The notes under the pieces: model-generated
Told to the model about the DNA's origin: nothing
The model's database searches: none
Seen by the model: only the letters and a program-made list of their open reading frames with translations
Shown: one piece after another, positions 18,176-26,437 of the stretch
Layout of the letters: every line of letters begins with the position of its first letter
Numbering within the stretch: the first letter of the stretch is position 1
Translations under genes and position numbers: made by a program
From: an uncultured Alphaproteobacteria bacterium
GTDB taxonomy: Bacteria > Pseudomonadota > Alphaproteobacteria > Rs-D84
NCBI GenBank assembly: GCA_934276735.1
Contig: CAKQTG010000001.1
Span: 224,455-288,454 of the forward strand
Direction: 5' to 3'
DNA: 64,000 bases

Positions 18176-18359
18176 CGAAATGTGGTATTGGATTTGAATC
18201 ACGCAATCATTTGATTGCCGGTTTGACTATGAGTTGTTGTGTGACGCGGTGCGCGTGGCACACAACATACGAATGCACCGCAGTCCCACGCCACCAGCGT
18301 GGGCGAGGGAAGCAGCCACACAGCAAGTTACATGCGAGTATTCTGTTATGTATGTCAAA

Positions 18360-18394
18360 AATAAAAACACCCGCGTGCCGGGTGGTTTTATTTT
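18360..18394. terminator. bidirectional terminator at the 3' end of lpoA-like gene
   Basis: A-run, hairpin cacccg-cgtgc-cgggtg, T-run ttttatttt; contains the lpoA stop codon. Confidence 0.6.
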
Positions 18395-19979
18395 ACTCTT
18401 CGATTTCCACGCTGTCGATATAGGTGCGGTTAACGCTTTCCAGGCTGGACGGTTGAAAGTCTGGATTTTCAATTGGGTCACTGTCATCTTCGGGCAGGAC
18501 TGTTATATTTTCAACCGGTGGCGTCACGGTTGTGTTGCGTGTCATGTTCGCACCAAACGTTTTGGATTTATATTTCCCGTTCAGGCGTTCTGGAATACGG
18601 ATATAGTTCATCGGATTTATACCGTCTGTTTCCAGTGCCATTTCAGATGCCGGGATAATGTGGCGTTGTTCAATGTTATAAATTGGCGTCATAAAGTTTT
18701 GTGGTGCCGCCCGCACGGTGCGTGGGGTGCCACTGGCGTCCAGTTCCAATATGCGCAATGCGCGTTGGCTGTCCCCGTTTGGACGCAGGCGGACCAGGCC
18801 ACTGGCCCCGATATAACCGCTGGGGTCCAACAGGTATGCGGCGTCTGATTTATCAGAATAAATCATGCCTATTGCCATATTTGCAGCATCATATCCAAAT
18901 GCCGCCAGATGTGACGGTGCAGTACCAGATATCTGGGAATAAAGGTTAGCAAAATTTTCATTTATTTCAGGCAAGGCTGCATACTTTGCCCCAGACATTG
19001 TAAAATCAGATGTTATGTTTGAACCGTCCCACATTGTGGTGCCATAAAAACGTGCGTCACGCGCCGATACGTTGTAATAGCGCAAGAAAGATGCTAATGC
19101 CATTGAATCATCGCCTGTGCCCAGGAATAAAACCGCATCATACGGCGCCGCGCCCAGTGTGTCTGATTTTGATATTTTATCCAGTTGCATTGACAGTGAT
19201 GATTTTTCAATCGCGGTCAGGCGTTCCTTGGTCAAAATGTCGGACAATATTTCGCGTGCGCGTGTGTTTGCCGCGGTGCGCGCCGCGTTCATTGATGCGC
19301 GCATTGATGCGTTCTTGATTGATTCAGAATTGCCCGGTGTGTAATAGATTATGCCGACCAATTTTATGCCGTAAATTGACGCCGCATTTTTCGCTGTACC
19401 CGCCATTAGACGTCCGGATTCTGTGTCTGGTGCCAGAATTACAAATTTAGTCACGTTGTCAGATGACATTTCTTTGGTAATAGCCTCGACACTGTTGGTG
19501 GGCATCAGGTTCATTGTCATAATTCCGTCGCCAACTGCTGTTGCATCAGATGTGAACGACAGGGCAGGTGTGTCGACGGATTTTATCGCGTTTAACATAC
19601 GTGCGTCGCCTGCAAAAACGGGGCCAATTATAACATCTGGTTTTTCAGATGCGGCGTTTTCAAATGCGTCGCTGCGTGCGGTATCAAAAAATGTTACTGA
19701 CAGATTCTGTGGTGCACTTTGCAGAACGGCCATTTCAACCGATGTGCGGATTGTTTTGCCGGCACTTGCGTTTTGCCCACTGAGTGGTAATAACACTGCC
19801 ACGCGATGCATGTTGCCGTCGGTCGCGGAAAAATTCCCGTATTGCATTGATGACGGCGTACCGGCAACGTCATTGCCGTATTCAGCCCCCCAGTTGTTGG
19901 AACTGGTAATGCCACCGCCACCACACCCGGCCAGAATTGTTGCAATTGCGCAAAAACTAAAAAATCTGTTCATAAACAT
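18393..19979 (-). CDS. lpoA: LpoA-like lipoprotein (penicillin-binding protein activator; periplasmic-binding-protein type I fold)
   Basis: Lipobox ILAGC. Long type-I PBP-like domain; divergent arrangement with rsmI as for E. coli lpoA(yraM)/rsmI(yraL). Confidence 0.6.
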   Translation of the reverse strand: MFMNRFFSFCAIATILAGCGGGGITSSNNWGAEYGNDVAGTPSSMQYGNFSATDGNMHRVAVLLPLSGQNASAGKTIRTSVEMAVLQSAPQNLSVTFFDTARSDAFENAASEKPDVIIGPVFAGDARMLNAIKSVDTPALSFTSDATAVGDGIMTMNLMPTNSVEAITKEMSSDNVTKFVILAPDTESGRLMAGTAKNAASIYGIKLVGIIYYTPGNSESIKNASMRASMNAARTAANTRAREILSDILTKERLTAIEKSSLSMQLDKISKSDTLGAAPYDAVLFLGTGDDSMALASFLRYYNVSARDARFYGTTMWDGSNITSDFTMSGAKYAALPEINENFANLYSQISGTAPSHLAAFGYDAANMAIGMIYSDKSDAAYLLDPSGYIGASGLVRLRPNGDSQRALRILELDASGTPRTVRAAPQNFMTPIYNIEQRHIIPASEMALETDGINPMNYIRIPERLNGKYKSKTFGANMTRNTTVTPPVENITVLPEDDSDPIENPDFQPSSLESVNRTYIDSVEIEE

Positions 19980-20028
19980 TGAAAATCCCGTTCGTATTCT
20001 GTATCATTTTACTATAAAAGGATTACGA

Positions 20029-20829
20029 ATGCAATCAGGGCTTTATATTGTTGGAACGCCAATTGGAAATTTGTCCGATATGTCGCCACGTGCGATTGAA
20101 ACACTGAAAAATGCGGATTTAATTGCGGCCGAAGATACACGCGTTTTTGCAAAACTGGCATCGCATTTTGATATTAAAACCCCACGGGTTGCCTGTCACG
20201 ACCATAATGAACGCGATGTTGTGCCAGAATTGGTTGAAAAATTACAAAATGGTATGACGATTGCGACCGTGTCTGATGCGGGTATGCCCGCAGTATCAGA
20301 TCCAGGCTTTCGTTTGGTGCGTGCGGCGCGAACGGCCGGGGTGCCAGTGTTTGTTGTGCCGGGGCCTACGGCTGGGGTGGCGGCATTGGTGCTGTCTGGA
20401 TTCCCGACAGACCGATTTACGTTTTGCGGATTTTTTGATGAAAAGAAATTACGTGATGATAACAAAATCCGTCATACGATTATTTATTACGAGAGTCCGA
20501 ACCGTATCATGGCGACGATTGCCGCGCTGGCGCGGGTAATGCCTGATCGCCAAATTGCCATTGTGCGCGAAATAACCAAGATTCACGAAGAGGCGATAAT
20601 TGGATATCCTGCGGAACTGGTGAATATCGAGCCGCCACGCGGTGAAATTGTAATTGTGGTTGCACCTGCACAAGACCACAAAATGAGTGATGATGAAATC
20701 ACAGATATTGTAAATGACATTGTTGCTAATTCTACGAAATCGGCAGCGTCTGCATTGGCGGCGCGTGCCGGCATTTCCAAGAAAGAGGCGTATCGTCGTA
20801 TGCTGGCCAAGGGGGACGCAAATGATTAA
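20029..20829 (+). CDS. rsmI: 16S rRNA (cytidine1402-2'-O)-methyltransferase RsmI (266 aa; the 5' extension of ORF 19423.. is an artefact)
   Basis: MQSGLYIVGTPIGNLSDMSPRAIETLKNADLIAAEDTR is the RsmI/tetrapyrrole-methylase N-terminus. Confidence 0.85.
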   Translation: MQSGLYIVGTPIGNLSDMSPRAIETLKNADLIAAEDTRVFAKLASHFDIKTPRVACHDHNERDVVPELVEKLQNGMTIATVSDAGMPAVSDPGFRLVRAARTAGVPVFVVPGPTAGVAALVLSGFPTDRFTFCGFFDEKKLRDDNKIRHTIIYYESPNRIMATIAALARVMPDRQIAIVREITKIHEEAIIGYPAELVNIEPPRGEIVIVVAPAQDHKMSDDEITDIVNDIVANSTKSAASALAARAGISKKEAYRRMLAKGDAND

Positions 20830-21373
20830 ATTCGTGGGCAGTTTTGAAACCGTTGCGTCTTTGCCACGGACGCGCTTTGTCGAATATGCATTTATTGGGC
20901 GCAGTAATGTTGGCAAGTCATCACTGATAAACGCAATTGTTGGCCAGGCAGTGGCACGCACATCAAATACACCGGGACGCACGCAATCGATAAATATGTT
21001 TAATTTGGACGACCGGGTGATGATTGTTGATTTGCCGGGATATGGTTATGCGCGGGCGTCACGCACAGATACTGTGCGCTGGTTGCGCCGATTAGAGGAA
21101 TATTTGATGACGCGACATCTGGCACGGTTATATATTTTGATTGATTCGCGTATTGGTGCGCGACCGTCGGATATAGAACTGATGGAATTTTGTGATGCGC
21201 ACGGTGTCGCATATCAAATCGTTTTGACCAAAAAAGACAAGCGTGTACGCGAAGCAAATCAGTCTTCTTTGTCGCATGAAAATCACCCTGCAATGATGGC
21301 AGAGATTTTGGAAACATCGGCAGAAAAGAAAACAGGGCTGGAACCAATAAGGGCGCAAATTGGCATCAAATAA
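20822..21373 (+). CDS. engB: ribosome biogenesis GTPase EngB/YihA
   Basis: G1 motif FIGRSNVGKSS; family start MIKFVGSFETV; 8-nt overlap with rsmI stop. Confidence 0.85.
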   Translation: MIKFVGSFETVASLPRTRFVEYAFIGRSNVGKSSLINAIVGQAVARTSNTPGRTQSINMFNLDDRVMIVDLPGYGYARASRTDTVRWLRRLEEYLMTRHLARLYILIDSRIGARPSDIELMEFCDAHGVAYQIVLTKKDKRVREANQSSLSHENHPAMMAEILETSAEKKTGLEPIRAQIGIK

Positions 21374-23876
21374 AAATATATTTTATGCAACTAATCCGGC
21401 AAAAATGTCAGACGCGTTGTGGGATTTGCTGGCGTCGTCGGGCGCGGAATTGTCACGTACATTGATATTCTTGCCCAGCCGTCGCGCTGTGCGAACGGTT
21501 GAAAAAGCTCTGGCACAGAAATCTGGGGGGGCTGTAATTTTACCACATTTGGTTGCGTTGGGCGAAGGGCTTGATGACCCGGAATTTATTTCAGATACAG
21601 ATGTTGATGCGGTGCCAAATATGGCGCGTTATGTTATGCTGGCTAAATTATTGTCAGCCGACGCCAGTATCGGAAGTGTGGCCGCGGCTTTGCCAGTTGC
21701 GCACGATTTGGTGCGTATGACAGATTACCTGGAAAACGAAGGGGTGGACGCCAGTGCGATTGATTGGAATGCGTTGGTTGGTGACGCGTATGCGCGACAT
21801 TTTCAGCGCAAGGCAAATTTACTGAATATTTTAACGCGCACGTTGCCGGCATGTTTTGCCGCGCGTCCGACCCAGACTGCGGCGCGGAATGCTGATATTC
21901 GCGGGTGGGGTGACGCGCTGGATAAATATGAATTGGTTGTTGTTTGTGCTTCAACGGCCAGTGTGCCTGCAACTGCGGATTTAATGCGTGCGGTGGCAGT
22001 GCGTGAAAATGGTCGTGTGATTCTGTCTGGTAAAATTATGGGTGCGCCGGACGATTTATCGCGTGACACAAATCCATACAATGCAGAATATAAATTTTTG
22101 TTGTCGTTGGGAATGACACCTGGAGATGTGCAACCGATTGATGTTGGTCCATCACCAATTGACTTTTTAAATTACACGTTTGGAAATAATCCCGCACGCC
22201 CAGATGATGGCACGGCGGTTCGTCATTGTCATTTAATTGAATGCGCCCGCGAAAGCGAAGAGGCTGCCGTTATCGCAGAAATTGCGGCGCGCGCGGTATC
22301 AGAAAATAAATCTGTATTGGTGATAACGCCGGACGCCGCCGGAAATCAGCGTGTGGCCCAGGCACTGGCGACGCGTGGGATTGATGCGGATTTTTCCGGG
22401 GGCGTGCCCGGTTCTATGACGCCAGCGGGGCGTGCGATATTAAACGTGTTTGATGATTGGATTGAACGCGGCGATGGCGCAACGTTTGATAAAATGTATG
22501 CGGCGTCGCATGGCGATTTGATGGAAACGATTATTCGTATGGTTGATGAAAATCGTGATATGTTTGCGCCGATGTTCGATGTGTCAGATGCGGCGTCATT
22601 GCAAATTTGGTCGGCAATACAGAACATTTCGGCGTGTATGCGTGATGCAGAGATTGTGCCAACAGTTGCCGATGCGCGGGCGTTCTTGGCTGATGCGATT
22701 TCATCGGTTACGGTGCGCGGTGCGGCGAATGACACTGCACGCGTCGTCGTGTTGGGGACGATTGAGTCACGTATGCAGACCGCCGATGTTGTTATTTTGT
22801 CCGCGTTGAACGAGGGTATGTTTCCTGCGCGTGGATATGAAAACGCGTGGTTACCAACGAGAATTGCACGCCAAATTGGGTTGCCGTCGGCCGACAGAAA
22901 AGTATCGTTGCAATCTTTGGACTTTATGAATTTGTCGTGTGGATCAGATGTTTATTGGACGCGCAGCCGCGTATCCGGTGGTGTCCAAACGACAGAATCA
23001 CGTTTCTTGTCGCGTGTGGCGGTGCGTGGTGGCGCGTTTGACCGGACGGCGGCCGATGATATATTGAACGCTGTGCGTGGGCTTGATGTTGTGCCGGCGC
23101 GGCCACTGGATTATCGCGCACCGATGCCACCGGCTGATTGGTCAGATGTGTATGTGACCGAATTAGAAACATTGATACATAATCCGTATGCGTTCTATGC
23201 GCGGCATATCTTGCGTTTGCAGCCGTGTGATGATTATTGGTTGCCACCTGACGCACGCGCGTTTGGAATGTTGGTGCATGCGGCACTGGAAAATATAAAA
23301 CCTGGCAAAACCGTCGCAGCATTGGTTGCCGATATGGATGCGCGGGCACGTGCCGTGCTGGGCGGGGACAGTATAATATTTCATTTCTGGCATAAACGTT
23401 TTATGGAAATCGCGCCTGTGGCGATTGAATATTTGATGGCCTGCCCAGATGCAGAAATAGAAACAGGCGGCGTGGTAAATATCGCCGGTCGTAACGTTCG
23501 TGCGCGCGCAGACCGAATTTGGGACGGGGGCGTTCTGGATATAAAGACTGGGACGGCACCGAATAAATCACAACTGGCCCAGGGTAATATGCCACAATTA
23601 CCGCTAGAGGCATATATGCTGCAATCTGGGGAATTCAAGATTCGCACAACAGAAAAATCAAAAACACCTGTGATGGTGTTCTTGCAATTAAAAAATGGCG
23701 ATGTGCGTCCGATTGAATATGATGCAGCAACCACTGCGGAAATGATAGCGGCGGCAGTTGAAAAAACGACGGATTTGGTGAATATGTATTCAGCGGGCGG
23801 TGCGCCATATGAATATCGCGAAACAGGCGATAAAAAATACCAGGCCTGGGACGACCTGGCACGTAAAAATGATTGA
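21360..23876 (+). CDS. addB: double-strand break repair protein AddB-like (alphaproteobacterial type, PD-(D/E)XK nuclease C-terminus)
   Basis: Degenerate UvrD-like N-terminal region and C-terminal nuclease motif ADRIWDGGVLDIKTG; 838 aa. Confidence 0.7.
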   Translation: MASNKNIFYATNPAKMSDALWDLLASSGAELSRTLIFLPSRRAVRTVEKALAQKSGGAVILPHLVALGEGLDDPEFISDTDVDAVPNMARYVMLAKLLSADASIGSVAAALPVAHDLVRMTDYLENEGVDASAIDWNALVGDAYARHFQRKANLLNILTRTLPACFAARPTQTAARNADIRGWGDALDKYELVVVCASTASVPATADLMRAVAVRENGRVILSGKIMGAPDDLSRDTNPYNAEYKFLLSLGMTPGDVQPIDVGPSPIDFLNYTFGNNPARPDDGTAVRHCHLIECARESEEAAVIAEIAARAVSENKSVLVITPDAAGNQRVAQALATRGIDADFSGGVPGSMTPAGRAILNVFDDWIERGDGATFDKMYAASHGDLMETIIRMVDENRDMFAPMFDVSDAASLQIWSAIQNISACMRDAEIVPTVADARAFLADAISSVTVRGAANDTARVVVLGTIESRMQTADVVILSALNEGMFPARGYENAWLPTRIARQIGLPSADRKVSLQSLDFMNLSCGSDVYWTRSRVSGGVQTTESRFLSRVAVRGGAFDRTAADDILNAVRGLDVVPARPLDYRAPMPPADWSDVYVTELETLIHNPYAFYARHILRLQPCDDYWLPPDARAFGMLVHAALENIKPGKTVAALVADMDARARAVLGGDSIIFHFWHKRFMEIAPVAIEYLMACPDAEIETGGVVNIAGRNVRARADRIWDGGVLDIKTGTAPNKSQLAQGNMPQLPLEAYMLQSGEFKIRTTEKSKTPVMVFLQLKNGDVRPIEYDAATTAEMIAAAVEKTTDLVNMYSAGGAPYEYRETGDKKYQAWDDLARKND

Positions 23877-23885
23877 TGTCGTTTT

Positions 23886-24656
23886 TTATTTCAGCGACAA
23901 CATTAAACCACAATGATCGGTTGGCTTGGCGGCCATACGTGGTGCGATGTCTATTTCGCAATGTTTAATCAATTGCATTGCTGCGGGGTTCGCCAAAAAA
24001 TAATCTAATCGCAATCCCATATTTTTACCAACGGTGTCGCCACCGCGGTATCCGAACCATGTAAAGCCGACGGTACCAGGATGTTGCACGCGCCAAACAT
24101 CGGTCCAGCCGCTGTCAATCCATGCCTGCATCGCAGCGCGTGCGGCGGGTGCGGCAATTGCAATATCAACATAGTTTGCCGGTTTCCATACGTCAATGTC
24201 GGCCAGTGCAACGTTAAAGTCGCCGCCGATAATAACGGGTTCTGGCGAATTCAAATATTGAGAGATATATTTTGTAAATGCCGCCATCCATTCCAGTTTA
24301 TACGGAAACTTTGGCGAAGACACCGTGTCGCCATTGGGCATATACACGTTTATCAATCGCACGCGCCCATCAACCACACATTCCAAAAATCGTGCGTTCA
24401 TATCTGGATACGTGGGCAGCCCCATTGTCACATCTTCGATGGAATATTTCGAAAATGTTGCGACACCGTTCCAGCTTTTTTGACCAAAAACTTTGACGTT
24501 ATATCCGTATTCATCAAATAGGTTATGTGGAAAGCCAGCGGTTTCAACCTTTAATTCCTGGACCAGGATTGTGTCGTATTCGCCCGCACGCAGGATGTCA
24601 ATAAAACTCTCGGCGTGGGCGCGAATAGAGTTTATATTCAGTGTTAGAATTTTCAT
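23886..24656 (-). CDS. xth: exodeoxyribonuclease III (Xth); ATG at 24656
   Basis: MKILTLNINSIRAHAESF ... characteristic ExoIII/AP endonuclease motifs; C-terminal SLK. Confidence 0.9.
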   Translation of the reverse strand: MKILTLNINSIRAHAESFIDILRAGEYDTILVQELKVETAGFPHNLFDEYGYNVKVFGQKSWNGVATFSKYSIEDVTMGLPTYPDMNARFLECVVDGRVRLINVYMPNGDTVSSPKFPYKLEWMAAFTKYISQYLNSPEPVIIGGDFNVALADIDVWKPANYVDIAIAAPAARAAMQAWIDSGWTDVWRVQHPGTVGFTWFGYRGGDTVGKNMGLRLDYFLANPAAMQLIKHCEIDIAPRMAAKPTDHCGLMLSLK

Positions 24657-24658
24657 AT

Positions 24659-24686
24659 TTGCAATCTTTTCCTTTGGATATATAAT
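24659..24686 (+). promoter_or_regulatory. sigma70-like promoter for acyl-CoA synthetase gene
   Basis: TTGCAA, 16 nt spacer, TATAAT, about 40 nt upstream of ATG 24727. Confidence 0.45.
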
Positions 24687-24726
24687 ACTGTCAGTCCAAT
24701 ATAAAAAAAACAAGGAATTTTTTACG

Positions 24727-26307
24727 ATGAATATGTATCAATTGCTAGAAAGGGCGGTTGCAACATGGCCTGATTATCTGATTTTGGTGCGCGAAAACAT
24801 CACGTTTTCTGAATTTTCAGAAATGGTACGTGCGCGTGCAGCCTCATTGAACGCGACGGGAATCGGACGCGGTGATGTTGTCGGTGTTTTGGCACACAAT
24901 ATCCCCCAGTTTCCAATTACTATGTTTGCAATTTGGTATCTGGGTGGTCGCGTATTGCTGCTGGATACAAATCTGACACCGTTTGAATATGACAATATGG
25001 CGGAAATCACAAAATGCAAAATGATTTGCGCGGAAAAATCATTTTTCTATAAAACGGACAAGTTCAAGTTTTATGACATTACGAAAAAAGACGGCAAACC
25101 GAATCCAGAGCTGACCGCGGCACCGGTTGAATCAACCGAGATTGCAACGCTGTCATTTACATCGGGGTCAACTGGCACGCCCAAGGTGGTGCCATTGACA
25201 CACTTTAACCTGATTGAATGCGCAAATTCATTGCAAGATATGCACGAATGGATTGACGCGGGTGACATTATGTATGGTTTCCTGCCGATGTATCACATAT
25301 TTGGTTTCGCGGTTGAAATTCTGGCGACATTGCATTATGGGTCGGGTATGCTGTTGCAACCGACCGTCAATCCAAAGGAAATTATGGCGGATTTCAAGAA
25401 ATACAAACCACAGATTATTCCGGCCGTTCCCAGATTATTTGAGGTTATCAGAAACCGTATCATTGATGCGTTAAAGGAAAAGAAAATGTGGTGGATGGCG
25501 TCGTTCGTATTGAAATACGGCAAGACGTTGGAAAAAATTGGTCTGGGATTCCTGGTGCGCAAGGTTCAAGAACCGGTTCTGGCGATATTCGGGGGACGCG
25601 CACGACTGTTGGTTGCAGGTGGTGCCGCCACCAAGCCCGAGGTGGAAAAGTTCTATGAACGCCTGGGGCTGACATTTATCCAGGGATACGGACTTACCGA
25701 AACCGTTGGGCCAATATGTATTTCCAAACCGACCAAGCGTCGTTTCCCGTTTGCGTTTGGTGCGCCAACATCAAATAACGAATGTGAAATTCGCGATAAA
25801 AACGAAGATGGCGTTGGCGTTTTGTGGTTGCGCGGTCACCAGGTGTTTGGTGGATACCTGGATAATCCGACCGTCAACGAACAGGTGTTTGACGAGCGTG
25901 GATTCTTTAACACAGGCGATATGGTATCTATGGATAAAAATGGCGAATTGCATTTCGCCGGCCGCAAAAAACAAGTGATTGTTTTGGACAGCGGTAAAAA
26001 CGTTTATCCTGATGAACTGGAAGGATTGTTTATAAAAATCCCAGGCGTGAAAAACGTTGCCGTGTTTGAACACCGCGTCAAGGATAAAACGGTGACTTAT
26101 GGCGTATTCAGTGTGGACAAAGATATGACGCTGGAAAAATTGGCTGCGGCGGTTGCCTTGGCGAATAAAAAGGTTGCGTCATATAAATGGGTAACGCACT
26201 TTGCCATGACAACGGATGAATTGCCGATGACCAGCACACAGAAAGTGAAACATCATGTGGTGCGGCAGAATTTGATTGATGGCAAATACCCAATCCGCAA
26301 GGAGTAA
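24727..26307 (+). CDS. AMP-dependent synthetase/ligase (long-chain acyl-CoA synthetase-like)
   Basis: AMP-binding motif LSFTSGSTGTPKVV; TGD and GRKK(Q) C-terminal motifs (FNTGDMV, AGRKKQVIV). Confidence 0.8.
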   Translation: MNMYQLLERAVATWPDYLILVRENITFSEFSEMVRARAASLNATGIGRGDVVGVLAHNIPQFPITMFAIWYLGGRVLLLDTNLTPFEYDNMAEITKCKMICAEKSFFYKTDKFKFYDITKKDGKPNPELTAAPVESTEIATLSFTSGSTGTPKVVPLTHFNLIECANSLQDMHEWIDAGDIMYGFLPMYHIFGFAVEILATLHYGSGMLLQPTVNPKEIMADFKKYKPQIIPAVPRLFEVIRNRIIDALKEKKMWWMASFVLKYGKTLEKIGLGFLVRKVQEPVLAIFGGRARLLVAGGAATKPEVEKFYERLGLTFIQGYGLTETVGPICISKPTKRRFPFAFGAPTSNNECEIRDKNEDGVGVLWLRGHQVFGGYLDNPTVNEQVFDERGFFNTGDMVSMDKNGELHFAGRKKQVIVLDSGKNVYPDELEGLFIKIPGVKNVAVFEHRVKDKTVTYGVFSVDKDMTLEKLAAAVALANKKVASYKWVTHFAMTTDELPMTSTQKVKHHVVRQNLIDGKYPIRKE

Positions 26308-26317
26308 ATCGTCATCG

Positions 26318-26395
26318 GTCCGCATTGCGCGGGTTTAATGTGGCTCATGTACGTCTTGTACACTACGCCGCATTAAACCCACGCAGTCGGCACAA
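26318..26395. repeat. long imperfect inverted repeat / hairpin in mnmE-acs intergenic region
   Basis: gcgcgggtttaatgtggc pairs with gccgcattaaacccacgc, an 18-bp stem with one mismatch and one G.U. The 22-nt interior contains tgtac...gtaca. Confidence 0.4.
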
Positions 26396-26407
26396 TGAAC
26401 CGTTTGC

Positions 26408-26437
26408 TTTATATTTAGACCGCCCGCTGGGCGGTTT
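26408..26437 (+). terminator. Rho-independent terminator after acyl-CoA synthetase gene
   Basis: ccgccc-gctg-ggcgg followed by tttttattt. Confidence 0.65.

Noticed and set aside
18308-18318. 11-mer ggaagcagcca identical to the SRP (4.5S) RNA domain IV core
   Set aside because: Flanking sequence cannot form the conserved helix with the symmetric loop and GNRA tetraloop, based on hand-pairing of the 10 nt before the putative tetraloop. It is likely a chance match. Left as part of the structured-spacer finding only.
19423-20028. 5' part of the 468-aa ORF 19423..20829 (extended N-terminus of RsmI)
   Set aside because: Antisense to the lpoA-like gene. RsmI family proteins start at MQSGLYIVGTP, which corresponds to the ATG at 20029. 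The extension has no homology.
23886-24713. Xth start at 24713
   Set aside because: ExoIII proteins begin MKI(L/A)T.N.N. The internal ATG at 24656 matches and leaves room for the divergent promoter.
24493-24726. N-terminal extension of the acyl-CoA synthetase ORF back to 24493
   Set aside because: It overlaps xth on the opposite strand. The family start MNMYQLLER with a promoter and RBS lies at 24727.
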